Part shown: positions 9,036 through 18,680 of the stretch, piece after piece
Numbering within the stretch: the stretch's first letter is position 1
Layout of the letters: each line of letters opens with the position of its first letter
Origin: Candidatus Poribacteria bacterium
GTDB taxonomy: Bacteria; Poribacteria; WGA-4E; PCPOR2b
Direction: 5' to 3'
Length of the DNA: 64,000 nucleotides
Assembly (NCBI GenBank): GCA_965215015.1
Contig: OZ244042.1
Span: 576,001 to 640,000 of the forward strand
Notes under the pieces: model-generated
Told to the model about the DNA's origin: nothing
Seen by the model: the letters and a program-made list of their open reading frames with translations, nothing else
Databases searched by the model: none
Position numbers and translations under genes: made by a program

Positions 9036-9959
9036 CTACAGTTTGACAGAATCATACACTTCCGTAATTGAGAAACTGGGTAACGGTACATTCATCAACA
9101 TCTCAACAACACCATTCAGCGAAGGGTTGTCCCTCCAACCAATTTCCGCTGAAGCAGGAATAGCTACAACACCCAAAGGCTGCGAAAAATCCTCTCTCGC
9201 GGCAATGGGTTTAGGACTTAAGAGCTGGGCATCTGTCATCAGTTCGGGGGAAGCATCATCGATTGCCATTGTTGTGAGGGCATCACCCTCGCTAATAGGA
9301 TCTGGTTGGTAACCTTCCCACCTTGACAGTTCTGTGAGTGATTCAATAACTTCAATTTCTTTGTCGGAGCCCTGAACAACATGTTCAGGGAAAGCCTGTG
9401 AGATTTTAACAAGTGGCTCCCGGTTACTGATTAACTCTCGATTTTCACTCTGCTGCAGGGGAGCGGTCGGCTGGACTTTCAGGACCTGCGACAAGTTTGC
9501 AGTGTTAGAGCGATTCTGTTCTTGAGGTTGGAAGAATTGATACGCAGACAGACTAACAAGAACAGCGAGCAGCATCCACGCATAAACAGGAGATTGCTTA
9601 GCCCAGCGTATGGGAAAACTAATTAGCGTCCAAAAAGAATAGATAGACTGATGTAAAAACTCTTGGAATCTCCAAGTGATTGCACGCGAAAGCGCAGTCG
9701 CACCCCACCATACAGGACGAGAACGCTTTTCAATTATCCGCTGCAACTGCTCCCCAAATTGGTCATAATAACCTTCCGGGGGTTGTGGAGGCGCATGAAG
9801 ACGAAGCAACGTCTCTGTCCGCCGCAAAGATTCCAATTCGAGTTGGCAATCTCGACAAAATCGCAGATGTTGAGCTACGATCATGGTTTGCCGACTTGAA
9901 AGTGTGTAGTCTATATAATCCGATAAACACCGTTGAATTGAACGGCATTGAGGTTTCAT
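9036..9959 (-). CDS. zf-HC2 zinc-finger anti-sigma factor
   Basis: C...LSDYID..L......V..HL..C..C motif, a central TM segment, and position directly after an ECF sigma. Confidence 0.8.
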   Translation of the reverse strand: MKPQCRSIQRCLSDYIDYTLSSRQTMIVAQHLRFCRDCQLELESLRRTETLLRLHAPPQPPEGYYDQFGEQLQRIIEKRSRPVWWGATALSRAITWRFQEFLHQSIYSFWTLISFPIRWAKQSPVYAWMLLAVLVSLSAYQFFQPQEQNRSNTANLSQVLKVQPTAPLQQSENRELISNREPLVKISQAFPEHVVQGSDKEIEVIESLTELSRWEGYQPDPISEGDALTTMAIDDASPELMTDAQLLSPKPIAAREDFSQPLGVVAIPASAEIGWRDNPSLNGVVEMLMNVPLPSFSITEVYDSVKL

Positions 9960-10030
9960 GATTTCCTCGTTATGTTTCTATTGTTGCTAAGATAACCCAT
10001 ATAATCGCTGGAGTATATTTATAGTGCATT

Positions 10031-10633
10031 TCAGTTGGCTTTTGTTGGAGGAAAGTCTGCGGAATCCACATAAGGCTTCAACAGATCTCTCAGTTTTTGC
10101 CTAGCGTAATGCAGCCGGGAACGCACTGTTCCCTCAGAGCAGTTGAGAATTGAGGCGATTTCTGGGTGCGTTAAGCCTTCAAACTCGTGAAGAATCACAA
10201 CGGTTCTTTGCTTGAGTGGCAAACTATTTACCGCCTGGGTGACCCACCTTTGTCGCTCTTTTCTTTCAAGGTTCAGGTGAGGATTACTCGTCAACTCTGC
10301 GGTCCACCTCAGATCCGGACGAATCTCCATTTCGCTGGTGGCTGAAAGCGGAGATTCACGACGGCGCTCTCGACGCTTGACAAGATTCGTGGCATGGTTG
10401 ACGACAATACGATAAAGCCATGTTTCAAAAGCAGCATCCTTGCGAAAGCTATGAATGGATTCATACACTTTCAGAAACGTATCTTGCATGACATCATTCG
10501 CGTCTTCATGGTTTTTTGTAATCTGCATCGCGACCCGATAAACGAGTCGCTTGTACTTTTCAACCAGAATCGCTAATGCCGCCATATCTCCTTCACGGAG
10601 TTCATCAATAAGCAACGTTTCGATTCGTTCCAC
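10031..10633 (-). CDS. ECF (sigma-70 group 4) RNA polymerase sigma factor
   Basis: DANDVMQDTFLK, FETWLYRIVVN and EIASILNCSEGTVRSRLHYAR motifs. Confidence 0.93.
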   Translation of the reverse strand: MERIETLLIDELREGDMAALAILVEKYKRLVYRVAMQITKNHEDANDVMQDTFLKVYESIHSFRKDAAFETWLYRIVVNHATNLVKRRERRRESPLSATSEMEIRPDLRWTAELTSNPHLNLERKERQRWVTQAVNSLPLKQRTVVILHEFEGLTHPEIASILNCSEGTVRSRLHYARQKLRDLLKPYVDSADFPPTKAN

Positions 10634-10727
10634 AGAACTTTCTCCCTGATTTTGCTGCTCTCAACTATTTTAGACAACTCAACTTCAAGAACCGTTCAAA
10701 AAAAATTTTAGCAGATTTTGATCTTTT

Positions 10728-11037
10728 TAGGACTTACACAGTTGAACCCTCGAAGCCAACACTAGAAAAGGGCGCGCAATGGTCATGGCCGGTTGAGACA
10801 TGACTAGTGCGCTATAGTCATGGTATCCTCGGTGATTCATCGCCGGTGAACATGCCTCTCAACGCCCGATTCATCGGGAGGCAACAGCTAATCTCAAAGT
10901 AATAGGCACGCTCCGCCCTGCCATCATTGGCATAACGGTTACGGCATACGCCGTATGCCTACTACTGTCGGGTGATTTAGCGTCTATGGTGACGCGGATT
11001 GAAGGGCGTTACGACAAACTCAACTACGCAACTCCTA
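10728..11037. mobile_element. MITE-like element, family A, copy 1
   Basis: Terminal inverted repeats TAGGACTTACACAGTTGA / TCAACTACGCAACTCCTA. Internal palindromes GCCCGATTCATCGGG and GGCATACGCCGTATGCC are shared with other copies. Confidence 0.7.
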
Positions 11038-11157
11038 CTTTTATTAAAAAGCTAGATTGAATGAATGTTATTTTACCAGATTCCGTATTCCTTGTAAAGT
11101 ACTTTGAGGGCGATTTTGCTGACAAACTTGCATGGCATATTGGAAATTTCCAAGATC

Positions 11158-11194
11158 AAAAAAAGGGCAACATGCCTGTGACACGTTGCCCTTT
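11158..11194 (-). terminator. Intrinsic terminator of the lipoprotein gene
   Basis: AAAGGGCAAC...GTTGCCCTTT hairpin with a U-tract on the minus strand. Confidence 0.8.
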
Positions 11195-11226
11195 ATTTAA
11201 ACATTAAAACCGTAAGAACGGCTTAT

Positions 11227-11973
11227 TTATTCTTTTGGTTTGGTAACGAAGGTAATCTTTGCTGCATTTTCATTACCAGAACCGTCTTTGACAGCAATCT
11301 CAACGATGTAGGTTGTCTCGTTAGCGAGTTCCTGTCCTGCAATCGCAGTCAACGTTGCCGTTTGACCGGCCACACTTGCCTGCCAATTGAGGTCAGCACC
11401 AGCTTCATCGGTCAGCTTAACGGTTCCCGAGATAGGTTCATCGAAGTCAAACCGCAGACCGCCTTGATTGATTGGCGCGGGGTCGACATCTGCATCCCCA
11501 TCATTCACCGTTTGAGCGGTAAATGCCGGCGGTGTTGTATCCGGGTCTTTAACGGTATAAGGACCAACTGCTTGAGAGCCGGTACTGCCGCCTCGGTTTG
11601 TCCACTCAATATTCAGACTTTGCCCCGGTCCTTGCTGCAACGCCGGCGACGCAGTCCAGTTGATTCCAGCTCCGGTGGCTGCAGCACCATTGACTGTCGC
11701 CGCGGTGACCCCCTGATCAAACGTCAGTGTGAACTGGGTATTCGAGGGAATTTCCGCGCCCCCTGGAGCAGGATCTACCGTGACTGTTGTTGCATCCGGT
11801 GGACCCGCATCGTCGTCATCGTCGTCATTTGCTACATCATTATTATCATCATTATTATCATCATCATCATCATCACCACAACCGGTGACCATGAAGGCGA
11901 CAAACATGATAGATATTATAAGGGCTAATACGCCCCAGAATTTGTGCTGCGTGAGTTGGTACATTTGTTTCAT
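11227..11973 (-). CDS. Lipoprotein with an Asp-rich linker and two Ig-like (SbsA/Big_5-type) domains
   Basis: Lipobox VTGC, a poly-D/N tract, and repeated ...FTLTFD.GV / LRFDFDEPI Ig-like strands; AGGAG RBS. Confidence 0.8.
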   Translation of the reverse strand: MKQMYQLTQHKFWGVLALIISIMFVAFMVTGCGDDDDDDNNDDNNDVANDDDDDDAGPPDATTVTVDPAPGGAEIPSNTQFTLTFDQGVTAATVNGAAATGAGINWTASPALQQGPGQSLNIEWTNRGGSTGSQAVGPYTVKDPDTTPPAFTAQTVNDGDADVDPAPINQGGLRFDFDEPISGTVKLTDEAGADLNWQASVAGQTATLTAIAGQELANETTYIVEIAVKDGSGNENAAKITFVTKPKE

Positions 11974-12513
11974 GTCTCCTAATTGTTTGCCGCAACCCTT
12001 TTTTTATATGCTAAGGTTTATGAATCTCATGTCGTGTGAACTTTTCGTGCTCCTCATTTATATGAGAGTCTCTCAAGTCCAGTTGACTCCGTTCTGGCAA
12101 GGGCGAGTTGCGACTGAAAAATAGTAACTTGCTTCCAACGAAGCCAGACATCAAAAGCATTCATAAAATGGTCATTTTGACCTTTGCGTTTCTACTCGCG
12201 GTGACCTTTCATACTTTCGGAAAGCACCCCGCGTGTGGCCACAACGCAGGTTAAACGTTGTTTATCCATTTAGCCTATCAAACTTTGTGATTTTTGTAAA
12301 GAGAAATCTTCACATTTTTTCACAAAATTTTGATTTCTAAACGTTTGATGGGCGATATTCTACCAAACTTTCTAAAAAAAGTAAAGTGAAAAAAACGAAA
12401 AAGGCGATATTGTCTACGACAAAATCTAAATTGACATATTCTATTGTCTTAGATTCGGGGTAATTCGCTTCTTGGTATATCCCATATACCAAGCCAATAC
12501 CTATCACCCCAGC

Positions 12514-12595
12514 GGGGTGGTAAGTTCGGGAACGCAAATTTGCATTCCGTATAGAAATCGTAGCATATTTGCTTAAGAAACACAAGCTTTTTGTT
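12514..12595 (-). promoter_or_regulatory. Duplicated promoter cassette, copy 2
   Basis: Minus strand TTGTGT-N17-TACGAT (12557-12585); homologous to 8901-8983. Confidence 0.6.
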
Positions 12596-12657
12596 TTAAT
12601 GCGGGAGGTAGGGGTCTATAAGAACCTCCTCAAAATTAGATTTGAACCTTTGTATTC

Positions 12658-13596
12658 CTAGAACAGATTCATCTGTTCCCCCGTAAGGTGAGCGGATTGA
12701 ATCTGTTCTAGACGATTAGAGTCCGATAAAGCATCAACGACCTTATCCAGCTGGTTCGGCGAGATAGGGTAAGCCCCCTGCTGAATGAGTTTGCGTGGGC
12801 CCTCACTTAATCGAGAACGACTCTCCCAATTACAAGCAAACACGAGACGCCCTTGTTCCAAAGCAAAGCCTGCTGTCCGAATCGCCCCACCGTTCTCATT
12901 CGCTTCAACAACAATAATTGCTATCGAAAGCCCACTGATGAGGCGATTCCGAAGGATTAGATTGGCCGGTGTCGGTTGAGTCGTAAATGGGTGTTCGGAA
13001 AAAAGTGCACCGTTTTCGCAGATCCAATCAGCAAGTTTCCGTTTTTCGCTGGGATAGATTGAAAGCAGATCGCTCCCCACGACACCAACCGTTGTACCAT
13101 TGGTGGATAATACCCCTAAATGTGCGGAGGTGTCAATCCCTTTGGCAAGTCCACTAACGATGGTTACCCCTGCTTGAGCCAGCCGTGTTGAAAGTTCAAG
13201 CGTTGTCAAGATTCCCGGCTCCGTGGGATCTATTGTGCCGACAATAGCGACAGCTTTCTCGCTGACCGGGGATAAATTCCCTTTTTTACAAAGGATTGCT
13301 GGGGCGTTCGGGATTTCCTTGAGTTGCGCGGGGTAGCCGTCGTCGTCAACACAGAGAATGTCAATGCCGCGACTTTTGAACCACTTAATATGCCGGCGGA
13401 ATTCAGCGACCCGTATTCTTGCCTTTAAGATTCGCGCTGCTAACAGTGGGTTAAGGAGTGGGATCCGTGCGATCTCGGAAAGTTCTGCATCAAAGATAGC
13501 TTCAATTGTCCCAAAACGATTGAGCAAGCGCTTAATTCGCATTGGTCCCACACCGTCAACTGACGCGAGTGCGAACCAAAACTCTTGTCCGGCCAT
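12658..13596 (-). CDS. dprA: DNA-processing protein DprA/Smf
   Basis: YPAQLKEIPNAP, VAIVGT, IVSGLAKGID, RNRLISGLS, VVEA..GGA..TA..ALEQGR motifs. Confidence 0.93.
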   Translation of the reverse strand: MAGQEFWFALASVDGVGPMRIKRLLNRFGTIEAIFDAELSEIARIPLLNPLLAARILKARIRVAEFRRHIKWFKSRGIDILCVDDDGYPAQLKEIPNAPAILCKKGNLSPVSEKAVAIVGTIDPTEPGILTTLELSTRLAQAGVTIVSGLAKGIDTSAHLGVLSTNGTTVGVVGSDLLSIYPSEKRKLADWICENGALFSEHPFTTQPTPANLILRNRLISGLSIAIIVVEANENGGAIRTAGFALEQGRLVFACNWESRSRLSEGPRKLIQQGAYPISPNQLDKVVDALSDSNRLEQIQSAHLTGEQMNLF

Positions 13597-13706
13597 AATC
13601 CTTTGCCAACCTTAGTGTTCTTTCTTTAATTATATAGCAGAAATGGAAGGGACATAATCTCAACGTCAAAAGATAGAAATTCCCTAATATTTTGGAAGGG
13701 AAAAAC

Positions 13707-14966
13707 TCATTTGTACACATAACGGCGTGCCAGAATAACCGCATGCATCTGGTGCTGAGCTACATCAATTCGCAAAGGGGATTCGCGGGGATGGTTTTGT
13801 ACCCCGCCTAGTGCAAGCGGATTATCTGTCGGATGGCTGCGTATAAATCCGTTCATTAGTGGACTACCGACCTGCCACGAGGTCAATTTTTTCAAGCCAG
13901 TCTCAATAACATGGGCGAATTTCTCGATATGCTTGGTGTCATTGCGCTGCAAAGCAAGTTGATAGGCATGGATAATACCTTCATAGGCATACGCGGTATT
14001 TCGTCTTCGTTTTAGGGTCTTGTGAACGTCAATCATCCAATTGGCAAGGTCAATAACGTAATCACCGTACTTCTCTGTATCATGCCAGCCGGAGGTGGCA
14101 ATTTCAAAGAAAACCATGGAACTCCACTGATAGTATCCCTTCGTTATAGACGAATCCGGATCTTTCTGAAGGGCTTCTTGAATATTGTGGCGATAGCCAG
14201 CATCGGCAGAAGCGATGATAATAGATTGCAGATCTTCGCGTCCCATATACTTCGCCGTTTTAATCAGTGCAAGAAGGGATTCACCATCAAAATAGGGAGA
14301 GGGCTGCCCGTAAGGGTGTCCGCTGGAGATACTGTAGCTTCGATGCCAAAGCCCCGCCTTCGGTTGCGTTCGTATACGCGCCCTGATGAGAAATTTAAGA
14401 TATTCTTCGAGAAGTTGCCGATAGTTTTGAAATTTTTCCTCGGAGATCCAAGATTTAGCAGCACGCAGGTAATCAATATGAGAGAGCGCACAGAGTGCCA
14501 CAGTTCCTATACGTCCGGCCTCCTCCCCCGGATAGGTTACATAGCGGTGACCGTCGTGGGTGAGTTTAGAGTTTTGGGCGAAGAAATCCATCGCTTTCTC
14601 GACCGCTGCTCCGACTTCTGGATTCGGTGAATCGTTATATATCGTCGCTAATCCCCACATCGCTCCAGCCTGCCGCACCTGACTGTCACCGGGGTCATAA
14701 GTTTTTTTAACCCAATCGTAAATATAGGTAAAATTACCCTCCGGCTTCTGGTGATTGAGCATAAACTGCGTACCCAGTTCAAGCGAACGGTCAAGAATCG
14801 TACGGTTTAGCGGTTTCGATTGATCGGAATCACAAGAGAATAGTAGTAGAGTAAGAGACGTTACGAAACCTATCACCCCCGCCACCAGGGGAATGTGACG
14901 TAATAGTTTTCTCGTTTTCATGGTCAGCTCAGTGTTGTTTTTGTTAATAATATCCTTTTTGTTCAT
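13707..14966 (-). CDS. Exported (alpha/alpha)-toroid-like hypothetical protein, paralog 2 (possible lipoprotein; start may be downstream)
   Basis: Q.PEG.F.Y.YD, RQAG, Y.GE.L.AL and GG....LRID..QH motifs shared with the neighbour; LFSC possible lipobox. Confidence 0.7.
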   Translation of the reverse strand: MNKKDIINKNNTELTMKTRKLLRHIPLVAGVIGFVTSLTLLLFSCDSDQSKPLNRTILDRSLELGTQFMLNHQKPEGNFTYIYDWVKKTYDPGDSQVRQAGAMWGLATIYNDSPNPEVGAAVEKAMDFFAQNSKLTHDGHRYVTYPGEEAGRIGTVALCALSHIDYLRAAKSWISEEKFQNYRQLLEEYLKFLIRARIRTQPKAGLWHRSYSISSGHPYGQPSPYFDGESLLALIKTAKYMGREDLQSIIIASADAGYRHNIQEALQKDPDSSITKGYYQWSSMVFFEIATSGWHDTEKYGDYVIDLANWMIDVHKTLKRRRNTAYAYEGIIHAYQLALQRNDTKHIEKFAHVIETGLKKLTSWQVGSPLMNGFIRSHPTDNPLALGGVQNHPRESPLRIDVAQHQMHAVILARRYVYK

Positions 14967-14972
14967 AACATC

Positions 14973-16307
14973 CTACTGAAAGCGATTGACACCTTGCACA
15001 ACGGGCGGTACTTTATAAATAAAGCGTAACCCCTTTGCAAAGCTACTAATCGCATGTTGTGTGTTATCAATCCGTAATTGAGAGTCGGTGAGGGTCTTGC
15101 GAAAGCCGCCCTGTGCCATATTGGGACGTTTCAAAGTGGCAACATCGGATTCCCCGTATTGGAGCATGAACAGCCAGCGATATCCCATTTTTGCACGTTC
15201 TTGATAGAGCCACAGTCGCCCTGCCTCCCCTATCAGGCGTGCAACATGGATGGCGTCTCCCAGTCCCTCCATGTAACTTGCCGTATTCGCAGAAGGCACG
15301 CTATGAAAGCTGCCATAAGCCTCATCATCCGCTTCTAAATTTTGTTGCGTCAGCAGTTGATCGCTTAAGAAAAAAACATAGTCAGCGTATTTCTGTTCCC
15401 CGGTTTGCTCATAGAGCGATGCGAAAGCGGAAATGGTCCACGGGAGGAATGCGTGCGACTTCCATTTTTCACCATAATAGAAATCTAACGCCCAATCCAT
15501 ACTCTTTTTATATCGGGTATCCCCAAAAGCCTGATACATGCTCGCTAACGCATAAAGTGCTTCACCGGGGTAAATCCGCGATTCCCAACCGGAGGTTTTC
15601 TCATACTCGTAGTCGCCGCGATACACATAGGTACTCTTATATTGGCCCGTGTTATATTTTTCCTGTAGAAACAGGATCATGTTTGCTAGTTTTGTCAAGA
15701 TTGCATCAAATTCGGGCGTCCCTGTTAGCTGACGAATTTTGAGCATCGTCAGCATGGGGAGGCTAATTCCGCCGAGCTTTGCCTTCTGACGGAAAAGGAA
15801 GTAGGCTTTGTCAGCATCGAGTAACTCCGTAAAAGCCAACAGATACTGAACACTCTTCCGCGCTGCCTCCAAATAACGGAGATCGCCCGTCATTTCATAA
15901 ACTAACGCCAGCGAAAATGAGGTGCCTGCTTGGCGCAGAAAGTTATCATCACTTTTACTGCTGAACTTGTCCCCAATAGGATCATACCAGTATTGAAACC
16001 GTCCGTAGGGTTCTTGCATACCGACGATCCAATCGGCACCGAGACGCATTGAACGCTCCAGTGTTTCTGCGGTCACATGCGCGTAGCGTTCAGGCTGCGG
16101 CGCCGGAGGGAAAATATTTTTCCAGAATCGTTTAATTTCTAAGTTAACCGCTCGGTGTTTCTCAGATCCGGAAAGATTTTTCCAGTATTTCCACTCTTTA
16201 GGATACTGACGCGTCAGATAGTAACCTGCTCCAATTCCAGTGACCAGTAAGGCCAAAAACACTATACCTAGCACTCGGAACTTACGGAGAAATTGATCAA
16301 TTTTCAT
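14973..16307 (-). CDS. Membrane-anchored (alpha/alpha)-toroid-like hypothetical protein, paralog 1
   Basis: Same motif set as 13707-14966; N-terminal TM segment; AGGAG RBS. Confidence 0.7.
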   Translation of the reverse strand: MKIDQFLRKFRVLGIVFLALLVTGIGAGYYLTRQYPKEWKYWKNLSGSEKHRAVNLEIKRFWKNIFPPAPQPERYAHVTAETLERSMRLGADWIVGMQEPYGRFQYWYDPIGDKFSSKSDDNFLRQAGTSFSLALVYEMTGDLRYLEAARKSVQYLLAFTELLDADKAYFLFRQKAKLGGISLPMLTMLKIRQLTGTPEFDAILTKLANMILFLQEKYNTGQYKSTYVYRGDYEYEKTSGWESRIYPGEALYALASMYQAFGDTRYKKSMDWALDFYYGEKWKSHAFLPWTISAFASLYEQTGEQKYADYVFFLSDQLLTQQNLEADDEAYGSFHSVPSANTASYMEGLGDAIHVARLIGEAGRLWLYQERAKMGYRWLFMLQYGESDVATLKRPNMAQGGFRKTLTDSQLRIDNTQHAISSFAKGLRFIYKVPPVVQGVNRFQ

Positions 16308-16468
16308 TGGTTCTCCTGTTGCGTATTTTTATTTATTTTATCATGCACTAGAAAAAATTGAAAGCGAAAAAAGTCGCCTATGTCCGAAACTTCTATTGGT
16401 CAAGCAGCTGTACAGTATTGTATCAGAGTTCAGTCGAGCTTGAATGCTATCAAGAGGTCAGCGTTGCA

Positions 16469-17128
16469 TCATTTTGATATGGCACGCTCAATAGACCAAT
16501 GCCGGTCAGAGCTTTGAACGACAATAGCGTCGGCAAGGCTCGTTTGATCGAGCATCACTTCGATTTCGGGAATGGTAAGGGCGGCGAGAAAGGAATCGTA
16601 GAAGAGCTTCTTTTGGTAGAGGGTATCGTCAGCGGCGTAACGGTCAACGAGGGCTTGGGCGGCTTCAGGCGTATCAGGACGCATTAGGTCGCGGATGAGA
16701 ATTAATCCGCCGGGACGAATGATACGGCTGATCTCCCGAAAGGCGGCCATCGGATCGGGGAGGTGATGGATAATGCTGTTGGAAATCACACCATCAAATG
16801 ATAGATTGGGATAGGACAAGGATTTTGCATCAACACATTCCAATGCAATCCGATCCGCCAACCCGGCTTCAGCGACGTGCTGCTCGCCGAGTGTAAGCAT
16901 ATTTACTGAGAGGTCAATCCCGGTGATTCGGATCTTGGGGCAACGCTGGGCTAAAAAGATGGGAATGTGGGCGGGACCTGTCCCAAGATCGAGAAAATGT
17001 CCTTCACTCGCACCAAGCTCAACCACACGCTCCACGAATGCTGTGTTGACAGCAGAGTGATCCATGGCGTCATACGCCTCCGCTTCTTCACGGGTATCCA
17101 TCACTTCGGGTTCTAAAATACGCTTCAT
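16469..17128 (-). CDS. Class I SAM-dependent methyltransferase
   Basis: LEPEVMD..EEA.AYDAMDH, LDLGTGP and SNSIIHH motifs; AAGGAG before ATG 17128. Confidence 0.88.
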   Translation of the reverse strand: MKRILEPEVMDTREEAEAYDAMDHSAVNTAFVERVVELGASEGHFLDLGTGPAHIPIFLAQRCPKIRITGIDLSVNMLTLGEQHVAEAGLADRIALECVDAKSLSYPNLSFDGVISNSIIHHLPDPMAAFREISRIIRPGGLILIRDLMRPDTPEAAQALVDRYAADDTLYQKKLFYDSFLAALTIPEIEVMLDQTSLADAIVVQSSDRHWSIERAISK

Positions 17129-17164
17129 TGACTCTCCTTTCGGGTTGTTCACTCCATAAAAAAT

Positions 17165-17362
17165 ATCGAATCTTACTGGCAAGACCCCGTGCCCTTAGGC
17201 TAGGGAAAGCCTGTTAGATGATACCTAACAAGCTTTGGGCAGAGCGTTGTCCATTGTGAGAGCAATTGTCAGACGGACTTCGGTTCGCTGTCGTGTTGAC
17301 CGCACCATTCGATACCCTAACGGATAACAATCCCTACCCTTCAGGATGTGGGAATACGTCAA
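17165..17362 (+). mobile_element. Non-autonomous IS200/IS605-derived mini-element (left-end hairpin, reRNA-like segment, right end; no ORF)
   Basis: The left hairpin AAGACCCCGTGCCCTTAGGCTAGGG and right end AATCCCTACCCTTCAGGATGTGGGAATACGTCAA resemble IS608-type ends. Left boundary is approximate. Confidence 0.65.
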
Positions 17363-17364
17363 AG

Positions 17365-17870
17365 ACGCTAACTACTCCGATAGTTCTTTCATCTCTTTCC
17401 CGTAAACTTCAATTTTCAAATTGTGGTGAGATTCCCATCAGCTTGCGGGTGTGGAAGGGTTTCTGGTATTTCGCTTGAAGTAGAATAGCTTTAGTAACAG
17501 TGTGGATTTTGTCAATTGATTGCTTCTGGCGAAATTGGACTTTGGCTTGCGGCTGAATCTTAACTGGCGTGAATTTCAGCATTCCGGGGGTTTTTCTCCA
17601 ATGGGCTGCCGCTGTATCCTTATTTTTTTTATAGACTGTTCCAGCTCCTTTATTCCGAATAATTGCAGCAGCCATTTGTCCCACCAACCTGTAGGCCAAG
17701 TTTTCCAAATGCCTGGAGGTTTCCGTCGTTCATTTCAGGGCTTGAACAGTGTCCTCCGTTCGTATCAAGTGCGTAATTTTCACTTCAGATGTAGTTCGAT
17801 TGAGGAATTATCGCGCTGCAGCCACTCCACATCAAACACCCCCAGAAAAAGAACAATAACTCCAGTTTTG
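17365..17870 (-). pseudogene. Possible decayed exported-protein gene
   Basis: Signal-like LFFFWGCLMWSGCS, then a frameshift and long frames broken by single stops. No family recognised. Confidence 0.25.
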
Positions 17871-17888
17871 GTGCACTGAAACGGGGCG

Positions 17889-18680
17889 TCATGATAGGCC
17901 CCCGTCCTCCTTAATGAGATGAGTAACTAGTGTTACATTATCATAAATTTGATCTGGATGGTCTTTTGTATACATTCCAATCGCCATTGCATCAATCGGC
18001 TTGATATGTTCGAGTGCGAACTGAAACGCGGGCAGCGGTTCATTTCTACCTGCGGCGAGGACTTTAATAACGATCACTGGAAAATGCACCGCTTGAATCG
18101 CTGCAATTGCTGCGTCCCGATCCGCATCAAGATACATCTCACGGTGACGAGTATGATTGTAAAGCGCACAAACATAGAAATCAACATCGTATCCTTCGTA
18201 ATAGCACTGTTTCAGAATGTGCGGTTCATGCGTTCCCAAACCGGGGGAAACTCCCAAATCTCGGATCAGTTTCAACGCATCGTGCAATGTATCCATTTTT
18301 CCGGCGTTGTAAAGTTGATCCGTTGTGCCCCCATGGTGATAGATGGCAATTGGTTGATAGCGAGCAATCAACCGAATATGTGCCGCCAAATCGGCATATT
18401 CACTCCCTTTTGCTGTCTGTGCAATCCACTGAATCTTTCCGCCAGCATTTCGGTACTCATTTAGGACCCGCATAATGTGGCGATCCGCCCGCGCCAGTAC
18501 GGTATTAATGCTGCACCGTTCCGCTTCGCGTAGGTCTGCCATAATCTGATCAGCAGTGTAGTAATCTTCCATCTCCTTCGACTTTGCGGGGGAATGGTGG
18601 GAAATACCGCTATATGGGTTGCCACCAATAATCAGGCGGTTCACCTGGTGAGCTCCAATGGCAATCGTTGGTAATTTCAT
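17889..18680 (-). CDS. Aldo/keto reductase-like TIM-barrel protein
   Basis: RLIIGGNP.SG.SH, GLGTH.P and IKVLAAGR motifs. Confidence 0.7.
   Translation of the reverse strand: MKLPTIAIGAHQVNRLIIGGNPYSGISHHSPAKSKEMEDYYTADQIMADLREAERCSINTVLARADRHIMRVLNEYRNAGGKIQWIAQTAKGSEYADLAAHIRLIARYQPIAIYHHGGTTDQLYNAGKMDTLHDALKLIRDLGVSPGLGTHEPHILKQCYYEGYDVDFYVCALYNHTRHREMYLDADRDAAIAAIQAVHFPVIVIKVLAAGRNEPLPAFQFALEHIKPIDAMAIGMYTKDHPDQIYDNVTLVTHLIKEDGGLS

Noticed and set aside
12337-12585. 82-aa ORF
   Set aside because: It starts in the -35 box of the duplicated promoter and is AT-rich, low-complexity sequence.
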